From the sequence record LR745208.1: a stretch of 64,000 nucleotides of DNA; one strand, written 5' to 3'. The notes beneath the pieces are model-generated. The model saw nothing but the letters and a program-made list of their open reading frames with translations, searched no databases and was not told the DNA's origin. Position 1 is the first letter of the stretch; every line of letters starts with the position of its first letter. Both the position numbers and the translations under genes were made by a program. Of the stretch, positions 39,127 through 46,580 are shown piece by piece.

Positions 39127-39378
39127 TCAGTCCCATAAGGGGCCTAACGAGACCTGCCGTTGCCCCGTGTAAGAAAACAACCGGCCAAACTTCCGGATCC
39201 CCTCTTCCGTCAGCACCACTGTTAGTGCCTGCGCCCTGGGGATGACGTATCGGTCTCCCGTCTTGGGATCGAAATAGATGCAGCTGTCCTCGGTGCTGTC
39301 CATTGACAACTTGAGGGCCCCGACTCCTGGGTTGTCCGCCGAAGGTGCTGGAATGGTTTCGGGGACTACTGCGTCCAT
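39127..39378 (-). CDS. Hypothetical protein (~83 aa)
   Basis: Start placed at MDAVVPE, directly after the upstream stop. Confidence 0.45.
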   Translation of the reverse strand: MDAVVPETIPAPSADNPGVGALKLSMDSTEDSCIYFDPKTGDRYVIPRAQALTVVLTEEGIRKFGRLFSYTGQRQVSLGPLWD

Positions 39379-39380
39379 CG

Positions 39381-39671
39381 TCAATCCTCCTGGAATTCCG
39401 TAGTACACAGGTACCCAGGACCCATTGCACGGGCCCACTCATCCATGGTCTTGGTCACCTCAACGGCCCCCGGCTCCTTGGGGTCACACATTGTACCATG
39501 TGTGACCACACCATTCTTGAAGGCAATCCCAAAGGGCTTCCAGGAGGGACACTCGGCCCAACCCGCCATGTCCTCCGCCTCATACCCGGTGGCAACCTGA
39601 AGGAGAGCCTCAGCCTCCTCCGCGGATCCAGCCACAACATAATCCACCTCCGAATAACACCACACAGCCAT
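39381..39671 (-). CDS. Hypothetical acidic protein (96 aa)
   Basis: First gene on the minus side of the divergent junction. Confidence 0.55.
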   Translation of the reverse strand: MAVWCYSEVDYVVAGSAEEAEALLQVATGYEAEDMAGWAECPSWKPFGIAFKNGVVTHGTMCDPKEPGAVEVTKTMDEWARAMGPGYLCTTEFQED

Positions 39672-39733
39672 CCGAAAAACCTCAACCTTTCCGCTATCCC
39701 TCTACCTTACACTCATAGGAGCATCATTTAGTC

Positions 39734-39764
39734 CTAAAAAGTTGCCTTCTCGTGCCGATAGGGT
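39734..39764 (+). promoter_or_regulatory. sigma28 (FliA/SigD/WhiG)-type promoter, copy 2
   Basis: CTAAAAAGT-tgccttctcg-TGCCGATAGGGT followed by GAGGA SD and ATG 39778; same blocks and spacer length as 3877-3907. Confidence 0.75.
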
Positions 39765-39777
39765 AGTGAGGAAACCG

Positions 39778-40065
39778 ATGAACTACCGTGACCACAACCG
39801 CCTGATCGCCATCCAGGAAGAGATGCTAGACCTCCTGAACGAAGCGAAGAGCCTCATCAAGCACGAGGGGCTAGCCTACGACCGGGCCAAGGCCTACTGG
39901 ATCGGAGCAGTGGAAATGGGACTCACCAACGACCACAGCTACCTCGGAAGTGCTGGAGTTTCCATGCAGGATACCATCGAGGAAACCCACCCCGAAGACG
40001 AGGAGGAAGATGGAGAAGACGAGGATGACGAGGATGACGAGGAAAAAGACGAAGATGACGAGTAA
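39778..40065 (+). CDS. Small protein with acidic C-terminal tail (95 aa)
   Basis: MNYRDHNRL...EDEEEDGEDEDDEDDEEKDEDDE; GAGGA SD. Confidence 0.65.
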   Translation: MNYRDHNRLIAIQEEMLDLLNEAKSLIKHEGLAYDRAKAYWIGAVEMGLTNDHSYLGSAGVSMQDTIEETHPEDEEEDGEDEDDEDDEEKDEDDE

Positions 40066-40070
40066 GGAAG

Positions 40071-40334
40071 ATGAACATGTGCACCAAGCCCACCCCAAAC
40101 AACCTGGACACCCTCTTTGCCAAGATCGCCAAGGAAGAGCTGTATATCGAAACCTTGGAACCCCGCCACATGGACGGCCTGGACTTCCATGAGGTGGGCG
40201 TGTGGGGGCTCAAGCGAGCCTTGAAGCGTGCCTACGAAGCCGGGGCAGCCAGTCAATGGCTCCCGACCACTGGGCCCAAGACCCGCCGTGTAAGAAAACC
40301 AAGATCCGCCCCGTCAAAAACAGAAAAACCATGA
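40071..40334 (+). CDS. DUF6900-like small protein
   Basis: IAKEELYIETLEPRHMDGLDFHEVGVWGLKRALKRAYEAG matches the IAxxxLxIETLExRxxDxLDFHDVxVWxxxxALxxAYxAG pattern. Confidence 0.7.
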   Translation: MNMCTKPTPNNLDTLFAKIAKEELYIETLEPRHMDGLDFHEVGVWGLKRALKRAYEAGAASQWLPTTGPKTRRVRKPRSAPSKTEKP

Positions 40335-40954
40335 ACCCCACCCCACACATCGAAAACCGGGAAACCTTCTTCGCCCGCCTTCGCCCCATCCTGGCCCCCT
40401 CGGAGTTGCTCAACGTCGAAGTCGCCTACGCGCTCGCCAAACATGCACACCGGGCACAAACCCGGAAGGAACTCGACGATGAGGGCCGCCCCCTCCGCTA
40501 CTTCGAGCACCTGCGTGGAACAGCCCTGATTGCCATCGAGGAGCTGGACCTTGTGGAGCCAGAGATCATCATCTCCGCCCTGATGCACGATGCGCTGGAG
40601 GATACCCGAGACATCTCGGCCCCCATGCTTGAGCACCTGTTTGGGGCCGAAGTCGCTAAGATCGTGCTGCTCCTCACCAAGGACCCCAAGGAGGGCTACT
40701 ACGAGCGACTCCTCCATTGGGGCACCGAGAAGGTCTGGCTGGTCAAGGGCTGCGACCGGCTACAGAACCTCCGCCACCTGAAGGACACCACCCCTGCCTT
40801 CCAAGCCAAGCAACTGGCCGAAACCCGGAAGGTCATCTACCCCATGACCCTCAAAATGGTCTTGCAGGCACGTGGCTCCAAGTATGAGTCCGCTGCCACT
40901 GCCCTCCAGGACAAAATCTACCAAACTGTCGAGTCTTTCGAGGTAGCAACGTGA
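40331..40954 (+). CDS. HD-domain small alarmone hydrolase-like protein (SpoT/Mesh1-like)
   Basis: AYALAKHAHRAQTRK, YFEHL, ALMHDALEDT, VLLLTK, VKGCDRLQNLR. Start placed at ATG 40331 (ATGA overlap). Confidence 0.85.
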   Translation: MNPTPHIENRETFFARLRPILAPSELLNVEVAYALAKHAHRAQTRKELDDEGRPLRYFEHLRGTALIAIEELDLVEPEIIISALMHDALEDTRDISAPMLEHLFGAEVAKIVLLLTKDPKEGYYERLLHWGTEKVWLVKGCDRLQNLRHLKDTTPAFQAKQLAETRKVIYPMTLKMVLQARGSKYESAATALQDKIYQTVESFEVAT

Positions 40955-41214
40955 GCCGAAAATCACCCCCAGGAACTTGCCGAATCTGTGGCACTCCCAC
41001 CGATGACCCCTCCGTGGCCAAACCCGTGTGCTCCAAATGTTGCCACCGATTCAACCTTCTTGCCAACCACTGCCGTGCCTGTCGAGAAGAATCGGAAGCC
41101 ATGGACCGAGGGATTGCCCGAGACCGGGCATCAGGGAAGCTTCCACCCCTCCCGGCCCCCATGGCCCCATGGGATTCCAGTGACTGGTCCCTTTTGGGAA
41201 TCCTGAAGTTCTAA
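40951..41214 (+). CDS. Small Cys-rich zinc-binding protein (GTG start)
   Basis: CRIC, CSKC and CRAC motifs; GTGA overlap with the upstream gene. Confidence 0.5.
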   Translation: MSRKSPPGTCRICGTPTDDPSVAKPVCSKCCHRFNLLANHCRACREESEAMDRGIARDRASGKLPPLPAPMAPWDSSDWSLLGILKF

Positions 41215-41243
41215 ATCCTGACCCCCGAGAAGAGGTAACAACC

Positions 41244-41495
41244 ATGCTCCCCACCCATGTCATCTGCGAAACCTACCCAGCCTACGTCAACCACATCCGC
41301 CCCGTCACCAAGGCCACCAAACTCAAGCCAGGAGGGGGACTCAAAGACATCCAAGCCCTCTGTGGCTACACCTTCAAAGAAGGCTGGGACAAGCCCGAGG
41401 TGGTCCTCACCCACCGCTACAGCGAGGCCATGGTGACCGGCAATGGCTCCAATTACTGCGCGGAATGCGTGAAGCTCTACCGGGAAGCCCCGTAG
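41244..41495 (+). CDS. Hypothetical protein (83 aa)
   Basis: AGAGG SD; ALCG...YCAECV putative Zn ligands. Confidence 0.55.
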   Translation: MLPTHVICETYPAYVNHIRPVTKATKLKPGGGLKDIQALCGYTFKEGWDKPEVVLTHRYSEAMVTGNGSNYCAECVKLYREAP

Positions 41496-41532
41496 AGTCC
41501 CATGCCCCTGCCCTGATAGTCCCCCTATCAGG
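41475..41532. terminator. Two tandem hairpins separating the sigma28-driven genes from the leader-peptide genes
   Basis: CTCTAC-c-GGG-aag-CCC-c-GTAGAG (41475-41497) and CCTGATAG-tcccc-CTATCAGG (41512-41532); the second contains the CCCCTATC motif. Confidence 0.45.
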
Positions 41533-41542
41533 ACCCCCAAAC

Positions 41543-41824
41543 ATGACCCTGCGTTCCAAACTCATCCGTCTCGCCCATGACAATCCCGAGCTTAGGCCCC
41601 AGCTGCTCCCACTCTTGAAGGAGGCTGCCCAAGCCTTCAACAAGCCCAATGTCACCAAGTGGATGAGGAATCATGCCAGCGAATTTGATACCGCCACCGA
41701 ACTGGCCGAAGACGCTGCCGATGAGTTCGGAGCCAAAGACAAGGGAGGCCCCCTGGACGATGACACCCACTGGATCTGGGACCTTGCCCAGGACGCCATG
41801 AGTTGGTCCAAAGACCACGCCTAA
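41543..41824 (+). CDS. Small protein with conserved N-terminal leader (93 aa)
   Basis: MTLRSKLIRLAHDNPELRPQLLPLLKEAA leader shared with the next gene. Confidence 0.7.
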   Translation: MTLRSKLIRLAHDNPELRPQLLPLLKEAAQAFNKPNVTKWMRNHASEFDTATELAEDAADEFGAKDKGGPLDDDTHWIWDLAQDAMSWSKDHA

Positions 41825-41837
41825 CAGGAACCCACCA

Positions 41838-42536
41838 ATGACCACCCTTCGATCCAAACTCATCCGTCTCGCCCATTCGGACCCGGCTCTCCGGCCCCAT
41901 CTCCTTCCCCTGTTGGCAGACCGCACAGCAGCCCTCCCCTCTGGCACCGTCCAGATGTTCCTGGAGGTCCTGAAATCGAAACTGACCCAGCATGACAAGC
42001 GGGTGAGCGAGGCGGAAGCCAAGAAGGGCCGGTCGAATATCTACCGCCTTGGGTTGCTCCTGGAAGCGGCCCACAAGGTAGATGGCGACGTACATAGTGT
42101 CATGGACCAGGACACCCCAGAGGCCCTGGAGGTGCTCAAGAAGTCCTTGGATCGCCGCTTTGAGGCGACCTTCCCACCCGTGAAGGCCACCCTTAAGCAA
42201 ATCGACGAGTTCCTCAAGTCGGGCAAGAAACCCTCCCTCATCAAGAGCGCCGCCGCCCGTTGGACCCCCAAGGCGAAGGTTTGGTACCAGCTCCCCGACA
42301 GGGATGGGAGTGACTTTTACTTCTACGCCACTGAGATCCAGAAGAATGGTGGTGCCAAAGGGGTCATGGTCGAATGGCGTCTAGGCAGCCGAGGAAAACG
42401 CCCACAGCCCCGGGCCAAAAGCTACAGCACAGGTCAGCTCTTTGAGGGTGATAACAGAGTCTACAAGGAAATCCCAGTGAGTGATGTTCCCGAGGAAGTG
42501 GTTTCGGAAGCTAAATCCTCAGGGAAGATGGGCTAG
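41838..42536 (+). CDS. Two-domain protein with conserved N-terminal leader (232 aa)
   Basis: MTTLRSKLIRLAHSDPALRPHLLPLLADRTAA leader; internal KSAA junction. Confidence 0.7.
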   Translation: MTTLRSKLIRLAHSDPALRPHLLPLLADRTAALPSGTVQMFLEVLKSKLTQHDKRVSEAEAKKGRSNIYRLGLLLEAAHKVDGDVHSVMDQDTPEALEVLKKSLDRRFEATFPPVKATLKQIDEFLKSGKKPSLIKSAAARWTPKAKVWYQLPDRDGSDFYFYATEIQKNGGAKGVMVEWRLGSRGKRPQPRAKSYSTGQLFEGDNRVYKEIPVSDVPEEVVSEAKSSGKMG

Positions 42537-43129
42537 CAGATCGAGGCCACCAACTTCAAGGTGGCCTGCCCATTGGCATCTACGGGGGTGCATGTCTGAG
42601 ATAGGGACACACCGGGATGCTTCCACTCCCGCTCTTGTGGCAATCCGGTCAGGATTACCTCCCGAATCTGCTTTCCTACCCGCTGTGCTCTAAATGCCTT
42701 TGGGATACTGTTGGCGGTCACCGTTAAGGTGACTTGACCACGAGTTGGGGACAGCCTATCCGTTACAACCAAAGGAGAGCTACTTGGGAACAGGTCGGAT
42801 CCAAGCTTTTCCATAGCCTTGTGAACATCCCCTGTGAGGTGTTCAACCTCCCCATGGATACGGGAGATTGTGACCCTGGCAGAGAACTTCTTGGTTGTCC
42901 TGAGGTTGGACAGGGGACTCGTAACCTGCATCCACCACGTCTGATCCTCATCCGGGTCGAAGACAAACGACTCCCCCTCCTTCAACTGCCCCGGCACCTT
43001 ACCCGTAAACGTGAAGGTAATCCCTCCCTCCCCAAGGTCCATCTGAACCTCGCAAAACGCCCCCAGCCTAGGGAACTTGACTGTGACCAACTTGGGCCCC
43101 GGACCATCCATATTGACAAAACCACCCAT
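42533..43129 (-). CDS. Hypothetical protein (198 aa)
   Basis: GGAGG SD; convergent 4-nt overlap with 41838..42536. Confidence 0.55.
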   Translation of the reverse strand: MGGFVNMDGPGPKLVTVKFPRLGAFCEVQMDLGEGGITFTFTGKVPGQLKEGESFVFDPDEDQTWWMQVTSPLSNLRTTKKFSARVTISRIHGEVEHLTGDVHKAMEKLGSDLFPSSSPLVVTDRLSPTRGQVTLTVTANSIPKAFRAQRVGKQIREVILTGLPQEREWKHPGVSLSQTCTPVDANGQATLKLVASIC

Positions 43130-43141
43130 TGAGTCCTCCTT

Positions 43142-44575
43142 CTATACTGACTGCATCACGTCTATCAGAAACCGTCGAATCCTCTCGGCTACCTCTTGGG
43201 GGCGCTTATTCACATCTCGCTCCCAAAGGATCAAGCACCGCATTCCACAATCCTTGTAGAAGGCGACCACATCATCATGGTGTGCCTCTCGGGACTTCCC
43301 AGTCTTCTCAGGGCCGTGCCACCAGTCACCAAACGCCTCAATGACCGCTGGGATGCGAAACAACTTGATGTCTGCCCCATTACGATGAGCTTCCATCTGC
43401 CCCCCCGTCAGGACGATGAAGTCCGGGTACCTGTCCTTAGGAGTCCCCGGACGCCTAACAGGATACACCCGGCTAGGACGTGATCGGTCCCCTGTGAAGA
43501 GAACCCCAGGAGGAGACAACTCCTGTACCCGTTGTTCCAACCCATTTGGAGACTCATGCTTCTGATTGCGCCACAGGAACTGAGGGGGATAGGGCACCCC
43601 ATACTTGCCATTCCATACCTCCTTGATCTTGAACCACACAGCTTCTACCTTCGAGGGGTTATCAGTCCCGTACTTCTCCAACCACGTCTCTCGGGCTTTG
43701 GCCAAGACATCAGGGCACTTCTGGGAATGCTGGCCATTGTGGTTGGCTAGGTTGGTCTCGTAGGCTCGCTTCTGTACTTCTGGCAAAAGCAATGGGGTAC
43801 GGACCCCAAAAACCTTCAAATTGCTGGTCTCCCAGACCAATTTGCCTCCAGGAGACATCATGGGGTGCCGGACACCCCAGTTCTTCATTGAGGTATCCTT
43901 GAACTGCACCTTGAAGGTGTCCGTTAGAAGATAGTGACCGACCCCATACTTCTCTTGATTGGTCTGTATCCTCTTCGCCATTACCTCTGGGGCCTGATTG
44001 GGATTCTCAACCCCAAACCGTTCGAGATTGGAGACACGGATCCGCCTCTGAATCTCCTCAGACCCAAATGGGTTCTCGGCCCCATACCTCTCCAAATTGG
44101 TAGCAGATGCCCTGGCCTTGATCTCTGGAGACTGAAGGCCCCAACCACCATATTTGATAAGCATTGTCTCCTTGGACTGAGCCTTCACATCCCCCGCCTG
44201 GAACACATTGTCCACTCCATACCTGTCCTGAACAGTGGCCACCCTCCGCTGAAGTGTCGCCCCAATTCTCACAGAGGCTTCAGGGAACTTGGCCCGGTAG
44301 GTTTCTTCGGTCATACCATGGACCTTCTTCAGGTGGTCCATCATCCGCTTGAACCGCATATCCCTACCCGTAAGGAAACACTCCTGGCATCGAACCCAAT
44401 CTGTTCCTTCCACCAACCCGTCAGCGTATGGGCCCCGCTTGAAGTAGGCCTCCCAATTGAACTCTGCGTAAGGAATACCGATCTCTGTGTTCCAGGAAAG
44501 GCAGGCTAAAGCATGGCTAGGGAGTCCCTTGTGGGACATTGACTTCTTACAGGCAGGGCAGAGGACATCACTCAT
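43142..44575 (-). CDS. Free-standing homing-endonuclease-like protein: Zn fingers, ~10 T(N)xE(R/K)YGxxNP repeats, C-terminal Vsr/PD-(D/E)xK nuclease
   Basis: CPAC and CQEC..HLKKVH Zn fingers; ~23-aa repeats (TNLERYGAENPFG, SNLERFGVENPNQ, TWLEKYGTDNPSK...); YPDFIVL...VIEAFGDWWHG...CLILWERD. Confidence 0.8.
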   Translation of the reverse strand: MSDVLCPACKKSMSHKGLPSHALACLSWNTEIGIPYAEFNWEAYFKRGPYADGLVEGTDWVRCQECFLTGRDMRFKRMMDHLKKVHGMTEETYRAKFPEASVRIGATLQRRVATVQDRYGVDNVFQAGDVKAQSKETMLIKYGGWGLQSPEIKARASATNLERYGAENPFGSEEIQRRIRVSNLERFGVENPNQAPEVMAKRIQTNQEKYGVGHYLLTDTFKVQFKDTSMKNWGVRHPMMSPGGKLVWETSNLKVFGVRTPLLLPEVQKRAYETNLANHNGQHSQKCPDVLAKARETWLEKYGTDNPSKVEAVWFKIKEVWNGKYGVPYPPQFLWRNQKHESPNGLEQRVQELSPPGVLFTGDRSRPSRVYPVRRPGTPKDRYPDFIVLTGGQMEAHRNGADIKLFRIPAVIEAFGDWWHGPEKTGKSREAHHDDVVAFYKDCGMRCLILWERDVNKRPQEVAERIRRFLIDVMQSV

Positions 44576-44581
44576 GCCCTC

Positions 44582-44609
44582 ACTATACCCACTCGGAGGG
44601 TCTTGTCAA
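44582..44609 (-). promoter_or_regulatory. sigma70-type promoter giving a probably leaderless mRNA for the 477-aa endonuclease
   Basis: TTGACA (44609-44604), N16, TATAGT (44587-44582), then 6 nt to ATG 44575; no SD. Confidence 0.6.
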
Positions 44610-44612
44610 CTC

Positions 44613-44637
44613 GGAATTGTCGGTGGCTGACAATTCC
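44613..44637. terminator. Hairpin downstream of the C-extein gene
   Basis: GGAATTGTC-ggtggct-GACAATTCC, a perfect 9-bp stem. Confidence 0.55.
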
Positions 44638-44703
44638 TATCCTGTACTTTGGGTGTGGGGTTCGGGGTTTCTTACTATTTCATAACTATGCGAAACTAAT
44701 GGA

Positions 44704-45597
44704 TTAAAGGAAATTCCGAGGTGAAAGCACACCCCTACCCACCGAACTTCCAAATGCCGATTTTATCCCTATCCCATACTTAGGCTGTGAAATTCCTCTC
44801 AAGAACTTAACTGTCCTAGCCTTAGCCTCCGCCGCCTTATCAAACTGGGATTCCGCGTTCTGCTTGAGGGACTCATACTTGGAGGATCGCTCAATGGACA
44901 ACGAAATGCCGCCAATTGAGTAGTCGAACTCTTCATGGACCATCATAGCCGCAAGGGCAAAGCAGGCGTGGGAGATGGCCTCCCAGAGGATGGCGGTCCG
45001 CCACGCTGGCTTTTCCATGACGAGCTTATCAATGGTGTCGAGCCCCTCAGTCATGGGAGGCATCATATTAAACCAGTCCAATCCCCGCTCAAGGTAACAA
45101 AATAGCTCATCCTCTCGCCATATCTGGCCAAAGACCCGATTGTAAGCCCCAATGTTCCCCTCAGCCTCTGGAGGAGCGAAGTGATAATCGCGATCAGGGC
45201 AGTTGTGACCCGTTATTGAGGACTTGGACAGCACAAGGTTGTGGTTGCCCTCAACCGTGATGTCATACATGACATCCCTAGGTGGGAGTGGATGGAGCCC
45301 CCTGACTCGACTGTAGGCAATCTGACCTCCAACAACGGCCAATACATAAGCACCTGCTTGAAGGTCCTTCGCCTCAACAGCCTCTGTTGGTGAGGTATAG
45401 ATCCGATGTCCGCCAGTAACCACAGATGCCCCATAATCCGTTACCAATTCCCAAACCGTCTCAGCCCCAATCTGTGCTTGGTGCACTCTTTCAACCTGAC
45501 GCCACTCTACTTCCCCACCAGGAGAGACAGAACGGACTCGGAGGGTTCCGGCTCGATAGGAGGCTTGGAGTTTTTCTTTTTGCGTCTCAGTAAGCAT
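44704..45597 (-). CDS. C-terminal half of fractured head-tail adaptor-like gene: C-intein (132 aa) + C-extein (165 aa)
   Basis: GAGGAG SD + ATG; intein blocks B (VVTGGHRIY), F (MYDITVEGNHNLVL) and G (GHN/C); C-extein CPDRDYHFAPP...FDYSIGGISLSIERSSKYESL. Confidence 0.85.
   Translation of the reverse strand: MLTETQKEKLQASYRAGTLRVRSVSPGGEVEWRQVERVHQAQIGAETVWELVTDYGASVVTGGHRIYTSPTEAVEAKDLQAGAYVLAVVGGQIAYSRVRGLHPLPPRDVMYDITVEGNHNLVLSKSSITGHNCPDRDYHFAPPEAEGNIGAYNRVFGQIWREDELFCYLERGLDWFNMMPPMTEGLDTIDKLVMEKPAWRTAILWEAISHACFALAAMMVHEEFDYSIGGISLSIERSSKYESLKQNAESQFDKAAEAKARTVKFLRGISQPKYGIGIKSAFGSSVGRGVLSPRNFL
45202..45597 (-). other. C-intein (long half) of an atypically split intein
   Basis: 132 aa ending His-Asn (45207-45202), followed by Cys+1 (45201-45199). 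Confidence 0.85.
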
Positions 45598-46550
45598 TCC
45601 TTCAGCTCCTCTTCGGTCCAGATGGCAAACCCCCAGCCGCGGGCGGAAGCTTCCATCTCTGCTACCCTAAGGCGTTCGATAGCCTCATCATTCTCTGGGC
45701 GTGACTTGAGTACATAGGCTGGCTTCACCTCCACCAACACAATCCTACCATCTGAGTAGGTGACCAGGAAATCTGGAAGGATCCATTTCCCGACCCATTT
45801 CTCCAGGGTTATTGACGAAAGGTACAGCACCTTCTCATATTCATAACCAAGCACCCTAGGGTCCCCCTCCAAATGATCTATGGCAGCTACCTCATAGGAG
45901 CTTCTCACGTACCCACGGGGCTCAACCCCTTTGGGTGTATCCATCCACTGCCCTTTGCCATGACTGTTGTGGTCAGGATGCTCTTTCATCCAGAGGGTCT
46001 TTTGCTTCGACAGGAGGGCACGATGTTCGGGAGCATTCATGGCCTCAAGAGTCTTGGCCCTGAATGCTGGGTCTTTCCAATTGGCCTTCTGCCTCTCTGA
46101 CATCATGGCAAGAACCTCAGGAGTGAAGGATTCTCTCTGTTTGGCAATATCCTCAGGGGTGCGAACCCTTCCCTTATGGAAATCGAAAAACCCATCCTCC
46201 CATAGTTTTTTGAGCTTAACAGAGGCCGTGGGGTACTTCCTGCCCTTTCCTGCCCGGCCATTTTTTGCTGAGTTATCAAGTCTATTCTGCCTAGAAGCTG
46301 GGTTCCACATTGCTCGGGTATATTTCTGAATCGCAGATAACCCTGTAATCTCCCGCATCTTTTTCCAAGGAGTTCCCGCCGCATGAAGTTCCGTGATAAT
46401 TAGGGATCGGACCTCCAGGATAAGGTCTCTCCGGTCTGCTGGAAGATGGTTTCTCTTCACAAATTCTTCATTGGTTACCCCATGTTTCTCCAACATGGGG
46501 ACTAGAAGTGGATGTGGGACTGTAACAACAGGCTTAGGTGATTTGCGCAT
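45507..46550 (-). CDS. Free-standing TnsA-like PD-(D/E)xK endonuclease between the split-intein halves
   Basis: RSSYEVAAIDHLEGDPRVLGYEYE...ILPDFLVTYSDGRIVLVEVKP...GWGFAIWTEEEL; NUMOD3-like segments; own ATG; overlaps the C-intein start by 91 nt in another frame. Confidence 0.8.
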   Translation of the reverse strand: MRKSPKPVVTVPHPLLVPMLEKHGVTNEEFVKRNHLPADRRDLILEVRSLIITELHAAGTPWKKMREITGLSAIQKYTRAMWNPASRQNRLDNSAKNGRAGKGRKYPTASVKLKKLWEDGFFDFHKGRVRTPEDIAKQRESFTPEVLAMMSERQKANWKDPAFRAKTLEAMNAPEHRALLSKQKTLWMKEHPDHNSHGKGQWMDTPKGVEPRGYVRSSYEVAAIDHLEGDPRVLGYEYEKVLYLSSITLEKWVGKWILPDFLVTYSDGRIVLVEVKPAYVLKSRPENDEAIERLRVAEMEASARGWGFAIWTEEELKECLLRRKKKNSKPPIEPEPSESVLSLLVGK

Positions 46551-46580
46551 ACCTAAGCACGTCTATAGAAGGAATAGCTC

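Noticed and set aside
39742-39777. N-terminal MPSRADRVVRK as another RVA-type motif
   Set aside because: This TTG-started extension overlaps the promoter; the SD points to ATG 39778, so it is probably not translated.
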